From Escherichia coli (GTDB lineage: Bacteria > Pseudomonadota > Gammaproteobacteria > Enterobacterales > Enterobacteriaceae), in the NCBI RefSeq assembly GCF_016903815.1, contig NZ_CP069973.1: a DNA stretch of 64,000 bases, one strand, 5' to 3'. Positions 48,019 through 58,685 of this stretch are shown here, piece after piece. Numbering within the stretch: the first letter of the stretch is position 1; the number at the start of each line of letters is the position of its first letter. The notes beneath the pieces were generated by a model. The model was not told where the DNA came from and did no database searches. It saw only the letters and a program-made list of their open reading frames with translations. The translations under genes were made by a program, and so were the position numbers.

Positions 48019-49053
48019 TTACTTGCTAAACGCAGCCTGGAAGACAGCTACCAGCGCGTCGTTCTGACTCTGAGTCAGAGTATGACCTTTCGGATCGATG
48101 AACTGTAGGCTGCTGCGGTTATCTAAATCGCCAACCTGCAGTTTATAGTCACCGGATGCCAGGCCTGGATCGCTCGCGCCCAGTTCCTGCCAGTCGCTGT
48201 CAGACAGCGGCTTGTAAGTTACGGCCATGTTACCCTGCGAACGGGTGCTGTCGGTCACTTTCATGCCCACTTTTTCCAGCGCCGCTGGCAGACGTTGCCA
48301 AACCACATTGAACGGCCCGCGTACGACCAGCATCGGTAAACCGGTGTCATCAGCTGCACTTTGTACGTCCATAGTGGTGGAGGCACGATTTTGCGCAGCG
48401 TTCGCGGCGTCAGTGGCAGATTTATCCAGACCGGCGGAAATAACGTTCATCATCTCCGTGCTGTAACGCTGCATGGAAGCCGCGTCTGCAACCGGTTTGC
48501 CCGCCTGTTCCAGGTTCAGCAGTTTAACCGTAACCGCCTGCTGATAACCCTGCGGCTTAACAGAGATTTGATAACGACCACGATACTGCTCGTCTTCGTC
48601 CAGACGGTTCCATTGTACCCAATCGGTGGTCAGTGTCTGACCAGCATCATCACGTTGGGTGATGGTGTAGTTTTTCGCCTGCAGCACGCTAACCACCTGC
48701 GGCCACAGAGTATTGCCACGACCATTTTCCACCAGCAATGAAGCGGTATCGCCCGTGAACTGGGTACGCGCGCCAGAAACCAGTGCCAGCGGCTGGGCTG
48801 GTGGACGAATGTCCAGCGCCTTACCGACAGCACCACTACCGTTGGTCACCGGGATTGCATAATCACCGGAGGTCACCGGCAAAATCATTCCAGCCGGGGC
48901 ATGAAGCTCCGCAAGCGGTGCCGCTTCCAGGTAGGCTTCATCACCACTGACCTGACGCTTATAGCGTGAGTCAGAACTACAGGCAGCGAGTAATAAAACA
49001 AGCGAAACACCCGCAACCTTTGCCAGGCGCGACTTTTGAACAGAGTAAGCCAT
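48019..49053 (-). CDS. bamC: Outer-membrane protein assembly lipoprotein BamC (NlpB, 344 aa)
   Basis: ORF track 48019..49056; second Met taken as start; lipobox LAAC. Confidence 0.92.
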
Positions 49054-49069
49054 CAAATCTCCCTAAACT

Positions 49070-49948
49070 TTACAGCAAACCGGCATGCTTAAGCGCCGCT
49101 CTGACCGTCTCACGACCACTGTCGGTGATAGGTGTCATTGGCAGGCGCAGCGTATCGGTCGCCACAAGACCCAGTTCCTTACATGCCCATTTCACCGGGA
49201 TTGGATTGGGTTCGACAAATAGTTTGTTGTGTAATGGCATCAGACGCTGATTAATAACGCGTGCCTCGGCAAAATGCCCTTCTGCTGCCAGTTTGCACAT
49301 CTGGGCCATATCATGCGCTGCGACGTTAGCCGTAACGGAAATAACCCCATGACCGCCTAATTGCATGAAGTCCAGCGCGCTCGCATCATCGCCGCTCAGC
49401 AGAACAAAATCATCTGAAACCAGCTCTTTGATCTGGTTTACACGCGTTAAGTTCCCTGTTGCCTCTTTGATTCCGATAATATTTTTTACTTTCGCCAGAC
49501 GGCCCACCGTTTCCGGGAGCAGATCGCAGCCAGTACGGGACGGCACATTATACAGAATTTGCGGCAGGTCAGTATGTTCAGCGATGGCTTTGAAATGCTG
49601 ATACAAACCTTCTTGCGACGGACGATTGTAGTAAGGGGTTACCGTCAGGCAGCCGACGATACCACTGTCATTGAAGCGCTGCGTCAGGCTAATGGCTTCC
49701 GCAGTAGCGTTAGCGCCGGTCCCGGCAATCACCGGAATGCGCCCGTCAGCCAGCTCCAGCGTCATCATCACCACATCAGCATGTTCGTCATGATTTAAGG
49801 TAGCGGACTCGCCAGTGGTGCCAACAGAAACGATCGCCGAAGTACCGCTGGCGACATGATAATCAATCAGTTTTTTCAAGCTAGCCCGACAGACATTACC
49901 TTTTTCATCCATCGGAGTAACAATCGCGACAATACTTCCCGTGAACAT
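49070..49948 (-). CDS. dapA: 4-hydroxy-tetrahydrodipicolinate synthase DapA (292 aa)
   Basis: ORF track 49070..49966; start trimmed to ATG 49946-49948 ([17 protein letters not shown]...). Confidence 0.93.
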   Translation of the reverse strand: MFTGSIVAIVTPMDEKGNVCRASLKKLIDYHVASGTSAIVSVGTTGESATLNHDEHADVVMMTLELADGRIPVIAGTGANATAEAISLTQRFNDSGIVGCLTVTPYYNRPSQEGLYQHFKAIAEHTDLPQILYNVPSRTGCDLLPETVGRLAKVKNIIGIKEATGNLTRVNQIKELVSDDFVLLSGDDASALDFMQLGGHGVISVTANVAAHDMAQMCKLAAEGHFAEARVINQRLMPLHNKLFVEPNPIPVKWACKELGLVATDTLRLPMTPITDSGRETVRAALKHAGLL

Positions 49949-50093
49949 GGGCCATCCTCTGTGCAAACAAGTGTCTCAATGGTACGTTTGGTATGGCATT
50001 AAAAGCAAGCAGACAGAACCGTTCTGATTGTTGTATGCATGTTTTTTTTATGCTTTCCTTAAGAACAACTCACCCCTTAAAGGAATAACCAGT

Positions 50094-50666
50094 TTGACAC
50101 TGTCATCGCAACATTATCTGGTGATCACTGCGTTGGGTGCCGATCGCCCTGGAATTGTGAACACCATCACCCGTCATGTCAGTAGTTGCGGCTGTAATAT
50201 TGAAGACAGTCGCCTGGCGATGCTGGGAGAAGAGTTCACGTTTATCATGCTGCTTTCCGGTTCATGGAATGCCATTACTCTGATTGAATCAACGTTACCG
50301 TTGAAAGGTGCAGAACTGGATCTTTTAATCGTGATGAAGCGCACGACGGCGCGTCCGCGTCCGCCAATGCCAGCATCTGTCTGGGTTCAGGTCGATGTGG
50401 CAGACTCCCCGCATTTAATTGAACGCTTCACAGCACTTTTCGACGCGCATCATATGAACATTGCGGAGCTGGTGTCACGCACGCAACCTGCTGAAAATGA
50501 ACGGGCTGCGCAGTTGCATATTCAGATAACCGCCCACAGCCCCGCATCTGCGGACGCAGCAAATATTGAGCAAGCGTTCAAAGCCCTATGTACAGAACTC
50601 AATGCACAAGGCAGTATTAACGTCGTCAATTATTCCCAACATGATGAACAGGATGGAGTTAAGTAA
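50094..50666 (+). CDS. gcvR: Glycine cleavage system transcriptional repressor GcvR (ACT domains, 190 aa), probable TTG start
   Basis: ORF track 50028..50666; TTG at 50094 preceded by AAGGA SD gives (M)TLSSQHYLVITALGADRPG... Confidence 0.85.
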   Translation: MTLSSQHYLVITALGADRPGIVNTITRHVSSCGCNIEDSRLAMLGEEFTFIMLLSGSWNAITLIESTLPLKGAELDLLIVMKRTTARPRPPMPASVWVQVDVADSPHLIERFTALFDAHHMNIAELVSRTQPAENERAAQLHIQITAHSPASADAANIEQAFKALCTELNAQGSINVVNYSQHDEQDGVK

Positions 50667-51136
50667 TGAATCCACTGAAAGCCGGTGATATCGCACCGAA
50701 ATTTAGCTTGCCGGATCAAGACGGAGAACAAGTTAATTTGACCGACTTCCAGGGACAGCGTGTTCTGGTTTATTTCTACCCGAAAGCCATGACCCCCGGC
50801 TGTACCGTACAGGCCTGCGGCTTACGCGATAACATGGATGAGTTGAAAAAAGCGGGCGTTGATGTGCTGGGTATCAGCACCGATAAACCCGAAAAACTCT
50901 CCCGTTTTGCGGAAAAAGAGCTGCTTAACTTTACGCTCCTGTCTGATGAGGACCACCAGGTGTGCGAACAATTCGGCGTCTGGGGTGAAAAGTCCTTCAT
51001 GGGCAAAACCTACGATGGTATTCATCGCATCAGCTTCCTGATTGACGCTGATGGCAAAATCGAACATGTCTTTGACGATTTCAAAACCAGCAATCACCAC
51101 GACGTTGTGCTGAACTGGCTGAAAGAACACGCCTGA
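50666..51136 (+). CDS. bcp: Thiol peroxidase (peroxiredoxin) Bcp (156 aa)
   Basis: ORF track 50666..51136; peroxidatic Cys in PGCT motif; ATG overlaps gcvR stop (TAATG). Confidence 0.93.
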   Translation: MNPLKAGDIAPKFSLPDQDGEQVNLTDFQGQRVLVYFYPKAMTPGCTVQACGLRDNMDELKKAGVDVLGISTDKPEKLSRFAEKELLNFTLLSDEDHQVCEQFGVWGEKSFMGKTYDGIHRISFLIDADGKIEHVFDDFKTSNHHDVVLNWLKEHA

Positions 51137-51330
51137 TTACTTTGCTCCATTCCGTGCTGGCTGCGCTTGCGGTCAGCACACCTCACTTCTCGTGATCAAG
51201 ATCACATTCTCGCTTTCCCCTGCGACACGGGTGTCGAATTCATTTTTTGCTGAACGTTAATGACCATCATTTTTGTACCGTTCAGAATACAGTTAATTCA
51301 TAACTTATTGAATACATTAAATTAATCAGA

Positions 51331-51348
51331 CTGGCATCCTTTATGCAA
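51331..51348 (+). promoter_or_regulatory. Candidate sigma54 (-24/-12) promoter of the hyf operon
   Basis: cTGGCATcctttaTGCAa with GG-N10-GC spacing, about 40 nt upstream of the hyfA ATG. Confidence 0.6.
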
Positions 51349-51388
51349 TATGAAATGCAATGTTTCATATCATTTTCAAGGAGCCGAC

Positions 51389-52006
51389 ATGAACCGCTTT
51401 GTGGTGGCCGAACCACTGTGGTGTACAGGATGTAATACCTGTCTCGCTGCCTGTTCGGACGTGCATAAAACGCAAGGTTTACAGCAACACCCGCGCCTGG
51501 CCCTGGCGAAGACGTCAACACTCACTGCCCCTGTCGTGTGTCATCACTGTGAGGAAGCCCCTTGCCTGCAGGTCTGCCCGGTCAATGCCATCTCCCAGAG
51601 GGATGATGCGATCCAACTCAACGAAAGCCTTTGTATTGGTTGCAAGCTTTGCGCCGTGGTCTGCCCATTTGGTGCAATCAGCGCTTCAGGAAGCCGTCCG
51701 GTGAATGCCCCGGCGCAATATGTTTTTCAGGCTGATGGCTCACTCAAAGACGGCGAAGAAAACGCGCCGACCCAACATGCTTTGCTGCGCTGGGAACCGG
51801 GTGTCCAGACCGTCGCGGTGAAATGCGACCTGTGTGATTTCTTGCCAGAAGGTCCGGCCTGCGTTCGCGCTTGCCCGAATCAGGCGTTACGGCTGATCAC
51901 CGACGATAGCCTGCAACGTCAGATGAAAGAAAAACAGCGCCTTGCCGCAAGCTGGTTTGCCAATGGCGGGGAGGATCCCCTTTCCCTCACTCAGGAGCAA
52001 CGCTAA
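51389..52006 (+). CDS. hyfA: Hydrogenase-4 component A, 4Fe-4S ferredoxin-type subunit HyfA (205 aa)
   Basis: ORF track 51350..52006; start trimmed to ATG 51389 (MNRFVVAEPLWCTGC...) with AAGGAG SD. Confidence 0.9.
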   Translation: MNRFVVAEPLWCTGCNTCLAACSDVHKTQGLQQHPRLALAKTSTLTAPVVCHHCEEAPCLQVCPVNAISQRDDAIQLNESLCIGCKLCAVVCPFGAISASGSRPVNAPAQYVFQADGSLKDGEENAPTQHALLRWEPGVQTVAVKCDLCDFLPEGPACVRACPNQALRLITDDSLQRQMKEKQRLAASWFANGGEDPLSLTQEQR

Positions 52007-54024
52007 TGGATGCCCTGCAATTATTAACCTGGTCGCTGATCCTCTATCTGTTTGCCAGTCTGGCTTCGCTGTTTTTACTCGGTCTGGACAGACTGGCTAT
52101 TAAGCTTTCCGGCATCACATCGCTGGTGGGTGGCGTGATTGGCATCATCAGCGGAATTACGCAATTACATGCAGGCGTAACTTTAGTCGCCCGTTTTGCC
52201 ACGCCTTTTAACTTTGCCGATTTAACCCTGCGAATGGATAGCCTCTCGGCATTTATGGTGCTGGTTATCTCCTTGCTGGTGGTGGTTTGTTCGCTCTATT
52301 CATTGACTTATATGCGCGAATACGAGGGCAAAGGCGCGGCGGCGATGGGCTTCTTTATGAATCTTTTCATCGCATCGATGGTTGCCCTGCTGGTGATGGA
52401 CAACGCTTTTTGGTTCATCGTGCTGTTTGAAATGATGTCGCTGTCTTCCTGGTTTCTGGTCATTGCCAGGCAGGATAAAACGTCAATCAACGCTGGCATG
52501 CTCTACTTTTTTATCGCCCACGCCGGATCGGTACTGATTATGATCGCCTTCTTGCTGATGGGGCGCGAAAGCGGCAGCCTCGATTTTGCCAGTTTCCGCA
52601 CGCTTTCACTTTCTCCGGGGCTGGCGTCGGCGGTGTTCCTGATGGCCTTCTTTGGTTTTGGCGCGAAAGCCGGGATGATGCCGTTGCACAGCTGGTTGCC
52701 ACGCGCTCACCCTGCCGCACCATCGCACGCTTCGGCGTTGATGTCTGGCGTAATGGTCAAAATCGGTATTTTCGGCATCCTGAAAGTAGCGATGGACCTG
52801 CTGGCGCAAACGGGTTTGCCGCTGTGGTGGGGCATTCTGGTGATGGCGATCGGCGCAATCTCCGCGCTCCTGGGCGTGCTGTATGCGCTGGCGGAACAGG
52901 ATATCAAACGGCTGCTGGCCTGGAGTACCGTCGAAAACGTCGGCATTATTTTGCTGGCGGTCGGTGTGGCGATGGTCGGTCTGTCACTGCACGACCCGCT
53001 GCTCACCGTTGTTGGACTGCTCGGCGCGCTGTTTCATCTGCTCAACCATGCGCTGTTCAAAGGGCTGCTGTTTCTCGGCGCGGGTGCGATTATTTCGCGT
53101 TTGCATACCCACGACATGGAAAAAATGGGGGCACTGGCAAAACGGATGCCGTGGACAGCCGCAGCATGCCTGATTGGTTGCCTCGCGATATCAGCCATTC
53201 CTCCGCTGAATGGTTTTATCAGCGAATGGTACACCTGGCAGTCGCTGTTCTCACTAAGTCGTGTGGAAGCCGTAGCGCTACAACTTGCGGGTCCTATTGC
53301 TATGGTGATGCTGGCAGTCACTGGTGGGCTGGCAGTAATGTGCTTCGTCAAAATGTACGGTATTACTTTCTGTGGAGCGCCGCGCAGTACACACGCTGAA
53401 GAGGCACAGGAAGTGCCAAATACGATGATCGTCGCCATGCTACTGCTCGCGGCACTCTGCGTATTCATTGCGCTTAGTGCCAGTTGGCTGGCACCGAAGA
53501 TAATGCACATTGCCCATGCGTTTACCAATACCCCTCCCGTCACTGTCGCCAGCGGAATAGCACTTGTACCCGGCACGTTTCATACACGGGTCACTCCCTC
53601 ATTACTGTTGCTGTTACTACTGGCGATGCCTTTGCTGCCTGGCCTTTACTGGCTATGGTGTCGTTCGCGCCGCGCAGCGTTTCGTCGCACAGGAGATGCC
53701 TGGGCATGCGGCTACGGCTGGGAAAATGCGATGGCCCCGTCAGGCAATGGCGTGATGCAGCCGCTGCGTGTGGTCTTTTGTGCGCTATTTCGTCTACGAC
53801 AACAGCTCGACCCTACGCTGAGGCTGAACAAAGGTCTTGCGCACGTCACCGCCAGGGCTCAGAGCACAGAACCCTTCTGGGATGAGCGGGTGATCCGCCC
53901 CATCGTGAGCGCCACCCAACGGCTGGCCAAAGAAATACAGCATCTGCAAAGCGGCGACTTTCGTCTCTATTGCCTGTATGTGGTCGCCGCACTGGTTGTG
54001 CTGCTAATCGCTATTGCCGTCTAA
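52006..54024 (+). CDS. hyfB: Hydrogenase-4 membrane subunit HyfB (672 aa, NuoL/MnhA-like antiporter-type)
   Basis: ORF track 52006..54024; ATG overlaps hyfA stop. Confidence 0.93.
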   Translation: MDALQLLTWSLILYLFASLASLFLLGLDRLAIKLSGITSLVGGVIGIISGITQLHAGVTLVARFATPFNFADLTLRMDSLSAFMVLVISLLVVVCSLYSLTYMREYEGKGAAAMGFFMNLFIASMVALLVMDNAFWFIVLFEMMSLSSWFLVIARQDKTSINAGMLYFFIAHAGSVLIMIAFLLMGRESGSLDFASFRTLSLSPGLASAVFLMAFFGFGAKAGMMPLHSWLPRAHPAAPSHASALMSGVMVKIGIFGILKVAMDLLAQTGLPLWWGILVMAIGAISALLGVLYALAEQDIKRLLAWSTVENVGIILLAVGVAMVGLSLHDPLLTVVGLLGALFHLLNHALFKGLLFLGAGAIISRLHTHDMEKMGALAKRMPWTAAACLIGCLAISAIPPLNGFISEWYTWQSLFSLSRVEAVALQLAGPIAMVMLAVTGGLAVMCFVKMYGITFCGAPRSTHAEEAQEVPNTMIVAMLLLAALCVFIALSASWLAPKIMHIAHAFTNTPPVTVASGIALVPGTFHTRVTPSLLLLLLLAMPLLPGLYWLWCRSRRAAFRRTGDAWACGYGWENAMAPSGNGVMQPLRVVFCALFRLRQQLDPTLRLNKGLAHVTARAQSTEPFWDERVIRPIVSATQRLAKEIQHLQSGDFRLYCLYVVAALVVLLIAIAV

Positions 54025-54034
54025 GGAAATCACC

Positions 54035-54982
54035 ATGAGACAAACTCTTTGCGACGGATATCTGATCATTTTTGCGTTAGCACAGGCCGTGATTCTGCTG
54101 GCGCTAACCCCGCTTTTTACGGGGATTTCCCGGCAGATACGCGCGCGTATGCACTCCCGTCGCGGACCGGGGATCTGGCAGGATTATCGCGATATCCACA
54201 AACTGTTTAAACGCCAGGAAGTTGCGCCGACATCTTCAGGTCTGATGTTCCGCATGATGCCGTGGGTATTAATCAGCAGCATGCTGGTGCTGGCGATGGC
54301 CCTACCACTATTTATTACTGTTTCCCCTTTTGCGGGCGGCGGCGATCTGATCACCCTTATCTATCTTCTTGCCCTGTTTCGTTTTTTCTTTGCTCTTTCC
54401 GGGCTGGATACCGGAAGCCCGTTTGCGGGAGTCGGTGCCAGTCGCGAGTTGACGCTCGGCATTCTGGTCGAACCCATGCTCATTCTCTCACTGCTGGTAT
54501 TGGCGCTGATAGCGGATTCCACGCATATCGAGATGATCAGCAAGACGCTGGCGACGGGCTGGAACTCGCCGCTAACCACCGTACTGGCGTTACTGGCCTG
54601 TGGTTTTGCCTGCTTCATTGAGATGGGAAAAATTCCCTTTGATGTTGCTGAAGCAGAACAGGAATTACAGGAAGGCCCGCTGACCGAATATTCCGGTGCC
54701 GGGCTGGCGCTGGCGAAGTTGGGGCTGGGGCTGAAACAGATCGTGATGGCAGCACTGTTTGTGGCCCTGTTTCTGCCCTTTGGGCGCGCGCAAGAACTTT
54801 CTCTCGCCTGCCTGCTGACTTCACTTGTCGTTACGCTGCTCAAGGTTTTGCTGATTTTTGTACTGGCCTCAATCGCAGAAAACACGCTGGCACGCGGGCG
54901 TTTTTTACTCACTCACCATGTGACCTGGCTTGGCTTCAGCCTTGCTGCGCTTGCATGGGTCTTCTGGTTAACCGGTCTGTAA
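54035..54982 (+). CDS. hyfC: Hydrogenase-4 membrane subunit HyfC (315 aa, NuoH-like)
   Basis: ORF track 54014..54982; start trimmed to ATG 54035 (MRQTLCDGYLII...). Confidence 0.9.
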   Translation: MRQTLCDGYLIIFALAQAVILLALTPLFTGISRQIRARMHSRRGPGIWQDYRDIHKLFKRQEVAPTSSGLMFRMMPWVLISSMLVLAMALPLFITVSPFAGGGDLITLIYLLALFRFFFALSGLDTGSPFAGVGASRELTLGILVEPMLILSLLVLALIADSTHIEMISKTLATGWNSPLTTVLALLACGFACFIEMGKIPFDVAEAEQELQEGPLTEYSGAGLALAKLGLGLKQIVMAALFVALFLPFGRAQELSLACLLTSLVVTLLKVLLIFVLASIAENTLARGRFLLTHHVTWLGFSLAALAWVFWLTGL

Positions 54983-54998
54983 GGAGCACTGACGGAAT

Positions 54999-56438
54999 AT
55001 GGAAAATCTTGCTCTGACGACGTTATTGCTGCCTTTTATCGGCGCACTGGTCGTTTCGTTTTCGCCACAACGTCGGGCCGCCGAATGGGGGGTTTTGTTC
55101 GCCGCGCTGACCACGCTGTGCATGTTGTCACTGATCTCCGCGTTTTATCAGGCCGATAAAGTTGCCGTCACGTTGACGTTGGTCAACGTGGGGGATGTGG
55201 CGTTGTTTGGCCTGGTCATTGATCGCGTGAGTACGCTGATTCTGTTTGTGGTGGTGTTCCTCGGTTTGCTGGTCACGATCTACTCCACGGGTTATCTGAC
55301 GGATAAAAATCGCGAACACCCGCATAACGGCACGAATCGTTATTACGCATTTTTGCTGCTGTTTATCGGCGCGATGGCGGGACTGGTACTCTCTTCGACG
55401 CTGCTCGGTCAGTTGTTGTTTTTTGAAATTACGGGCGGCTGCTCCTGGGCGTTGATCAGTTATTACCAGAGCGATAAAGCGCAGCGTTCGGCACTAAAAG
55501 CGTTGCTTATTACCCATATCGGTTCGTTGGGGTTGTATCTTGCCGCCGCCACGCTGTTTTTGCAGACCGGAACGTTTGCGCTTAGCGCGATGAGCGAGTT
55601 ACACGGCGACGCACGCTATCTGGTTTATGGTGGCATCCTGTTTGCCGCGTGGGGGAAATCGGCCCAGCTACCGATGCAAGCGTGGCTACCGGATGCAATG
55701 GAAGCGCCAACACCGATCAGCGCCTATCTCCACGCCGCATCGATGGTGAAAGTGGGCGTTTACATTTTTGCCCGTGCCATTATCGACGGCGGCAATATCC
55801 CGCATGTGATTGGCGGCGTTGGCATGGTTATGGCACTGGTCACCATTCTTTATGGCTTCCTGATGTATTTGCCACAGCAGGATATGAAGCGGTTGCTGGC
55901 CTGGTCGACCATCACTCAACTTGGCTGGATGTTTTTCGGCTTGTCGCTCTCCATCTTCGGCTCGCGGCTGGCGCTGGAGGGCAGCATCGCCTACATCGTC
56001 AACCACGCGTTCGCTAAAAGCCTGTTTTTCCTTGTAGCAGGTGCGCTGAGTTACAGCTGCGGCACGCGCTTGTTGCCGCGTCTGCGTGGCGTATTGCACA
56101 CCCTGCCGTTGCCAGGCGTGGGTTTCTGCGTGGCAGCGCTGGCGATTACCGGCGTACCGCCGTTCAACGGCTTCTTCAGTAAATTCCCGCTGTTTGCCGC
56201 CGGTTTTGCGTTGTCAGTGGAGTACTGGATCCTGCTGCCCGCCATGATTCTGCTGATGATTGAATCGGTCGCCAGTTTCGCCTGGTTTATTCGCTGGTTT
56301 GGTCGCGTCGTGCCTGGCAAACCGAGCGAGGCCGTCGCCGATGCCGCACCGCTGCCAGGATCAATGCGCCTGGTGTTGATTGTACTGATTGTGATGTCGC
56401 TGATTTCCAGCGTAATCGCCGCGACCTGGTTGCAGTAA
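54999..56438 (+). CDS. hyfD: Hydrogenase-4 membrane subunit HyfD (479 aa, antiporter-type)
   Basis: ORF track 54999..56438. Confidence 0.92.
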   Translation: MENLALTTLLLPFIGALVVSFSPQRRAAEWGVLFAALTTLCMLSLISAFYQADKVAVTLTLVNVGDVALFGLVIDRVSTLILFVVVFLGLLVTIYSTGYLTDKNREHPHNGTNRYYAFLLLFIGAMAGLVLSSTLLGQLLFFEITGGCSWALISYYQSDKAQRSALKALLITHIGSLGLYLAAATLFLQTGTFALSAMSELHGDARYLVYGGILFAAWGKSAQLPMQAWLPDAMEAPTPISAYLHAASMVKVGVYIFARAIIDGGNIPHVIGGVGMVMALVTILYGFLMYLPQQDMKRLLAWSTITQLGWMFFGLSLSIFGSRLALEGSIAYIVNHAFAKSLFFLVAGALSYSCGTRLLPRLRGVLHTLPLPGVGFCVAALAITGVPPFNGFFSKFPLFAAGFALSVEYWILLPAMILLMIESVASFAWFIRWFGRVVPGKPSEAVADAAPLPGSMRLVLIVLIVMSLISSVIAATWLQ

Positions 56439-56449
56439 GGAGATGATGA

Positions 56450-57100
56450 ATGACCGGTTCTATGATCGTAAATAATCTGGCGGGACTGATGATGCTGACA
56501 TCGCTGTTTGTGATTAGCGTCAAAAGCTATCGCCTGTCATGCGGATTTTACGCCTGCCAGTCGCTGGTGCTGGTGTCTATTTTCGCCACTCTCTCGTGCC
56601 TGTTCGCCGCAGAGCAACTGCTGATCTGGTCCGCCAGCGCCTTTATCACCAAAGTGCTGCTGGTACCGTTAATCATGACTTACGCTGCACGAAATATTCC
56701 CCAGAACATCCCGGAAAAAGCGTTATTCGGTCCGGCAATGATGACACTGCTCGCGGCGTTAATTGTCCTGCTTTGCGCATTTGTCGTTCAGCCCGTGAAG
56801 CTACCGATGGCTACCGGGCTGAAACCGGCGCTGGCGGTGGCGTTAGGTCATTTTCTGCTTGGCCTGCTGTGCATTGTCAGCCAGCGCAATATCCTGCGGC
56901 AAATTTTTGGTTACTGCCTGATGGAAAACGGCTCCCATCTGGTGCTGGCGCTTCTAGCCTGGCGTGCACCGGAACTGGTGGAAATTGGTATCGCTACCGA
57001 CGCCATCTTCGCCGTCATTGTGATGGTGTTACTGGCAAGAAAAATATGGCGTACCCACGGCACGCTGGACGTGAATAACTTGACCGCGCTGAAGGGATAA
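56450..57100 (+). CDS. hyfE: Hydrogenase-4 membrane subunit HyfE (216 aa)
   Basis: ORF track 56450..57100. Confidence 0.92.
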   Translation: MTGSMIVNNLAGLMMLTSLFVISVKSYRLSCGFYACQSLVLVSIFATLSCLFAAEQLLIWSASAFITKVLLVPLIMTYAARNIPQNIPEKALFGPAMMTLLAALIVLLCAFVVQPVKLPMATGLKPALAVALGHFLLGLLCIVSQRNILRQIFGYCLMENGSHLVLALLAWRAPELVEIGIATDAIFAVIVMVLLARKIWRTHGTLDVNNLTALKG

Positions 57101-57104
57101 TGAG

Positions 57105-58685
57105 ATGAGTTATTCTGTGATGTTCGCTTTACTCCTGCTCACGCCGCTGCTTTTTTCGCTGCTCTGTTTTGCCTGTCGGAAACGGGGGCACTCTGCGACT
57201 CTCGCGGTGACAGTATTACATAGCTTAGGGATCACACTGCTACTGATTCTGGCACTGTGGGTGGTCCAAACTGCCGCTGATGCGGGAGAAATATTCGCTG
57301 CGGGACTGTGGCTTCATATTGATGGTCTGGGCGGTTTGTTCCTCGCCATTCTTGGTGTGATTGGCTTTCTCACCGGTGTTTACTCGATTGGCTACATGCG
57401 TCATGAAGTGGCACACGGCGAGCTTTCACCCGTTACGCTGTGCGATTACTACGGTTTCTTCCATCTGTTTTTGTTCACCATGCTGCTGGTTGTCACCAGC
57501 AATAACCTTATTGTGATGTGGGCGGCGATCGAAGCCACCACCTTAAGCTCGGCGTTTCTGGTAGGCATTTACGGTCAGCGTTCATCGCTGGAAGCTGCAT
57601 GGAAGTACATCATTATTTGTACTGTTGGTGTCGCTTTTGGTCTGTTCGGTACCGTGCTGGTATACGCCAACGCCGCCAGCGTTATGCCGCAGGCAGAAAT
57701 GGCGATATTCTGGAGCGAGGTTCTTAAGCAATCGTCCTTGCTTGACCCAACATTAATGCTGTTGGCCTTTGTGTTCGTGCTAATTGGCTTTGGCACTAAA
57801 ACCGGGCTATTCCCCATGCACGCCTGGCTGCCAGATGCTCACAGTGAAGCGCCGAGTCCGGTCAGCGCCCTGCTCTCCGCCGTATTGCTGAACTGCGCGC
57901 TGTTGGTGCTGATTCGCTATTACATCATTATTTGCCAGGCCATCGGCAGCGATTTCCCCAACCGGTTGTTGCTCATCTTCGGCATGTTGTCGGTTGCCGT
58001 GGCGGCATTTTTCATTCTGGTACAGCGGGACATTAAGCGTCTGCTGGCGTACTCCAGCGTGGAGAACATGGGACTGGTCGCGGTGGCGCTAGGCATTGGC
58101 GGGCCGCTGGGAATTTTTGCCGCGCTGCTGCACACCTTAAACCACAGTCTGGCAAAAACGCTGTTGTTCTGCGGTTCCGGCAATGTACTGCTCAAGTACG
58201 GCACGCGCGATCTCAACGTCGTCTGCGGAATGCTTAAAATCATGCCATTTACCGCCGTGTTGTTTGGCGGCGGTGCGCTGGCGCTGGCCGGGATGCCGCC
58301 CTTCAACATTTTTCTTAGCGAATTTATGACCGTTACCGCCGGACTGGCGCGTAATCATCTGCTGCTTATCGTCCTGCTGTTATTGCTGTTAACGCTGGTG
58401 CTGGCGGGCCTGGTACGGATGGCTGCGCGGGTGTTAATGGCGAAACCGCCGCAGGCCGTTAACCGGGGTGAACTTGGCTGGTTGACCACCTCGCCAATGG
58501 TGATTCTGCTGGTCATGATGCTGGCGATGGGAACGCATATTCCACAACCTGTCATCAGGATCCTGGCGGGCGCTTCCACTATAGTCCTCTCAGGGACGCA
58601 CGACCTGCCTGCACAACGTAGCACCTGGCATGATTTTTTGCCTTCAGGCACCGCATCTGTTTCGGAGAAACACAGTGAACGTTAA
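57105..58685 (+). CDS. hyfF: Hydrogenase-4 membrane subunit HyfF (526 aa, antiporter-type)
   Basis: ORF track 57105..58685. Confidence 0.92.
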   Translation: MSYSVMFALLLLTPLLFSLLCFACRKRGHSATLAVTVLHSLGITLLLILALWVVQTAADAGEIFAAGLWLHIDGLGGLFLAILGVIGFLTGVYSIGYMRHEVAHGELSPVTLCDYYGFFHLFLFTMLLVVTSNNLIVMWAAIEATTLSSAFLVGIYGQRSSLEAAWKYIIICTVGVAFGLFGTVLVYANAASVMPQAEMAIFWSEVLKQSSLLDPTLMLLAFVFVLIGFGTKTGLFPMHAWLPDAHSEAPSPVSALLSAVLLNCALLVLIRYYIIICQAIGSDFPNRLLLIFGMLSVAVAAFFILVQRDIKRLLAYSSVENMGLVAVALGIGGPLGIFAALLHTLNHSLAKTLLFCGSGNVLLKYGTRDLNVVCGMLKIMPFTAVLFGGGALALAGMPPFNIFLSEFMTVTAGLARNHLLLIVLLLLLLTLVLAGLVRMAARVLMAKPPQAVNRGELGWLTTSPMVILLVMMLAMGTHIPQPVIRILAGASTIVLSGTHDLPAQRSTWHDFLPSGTASVSEKHSER

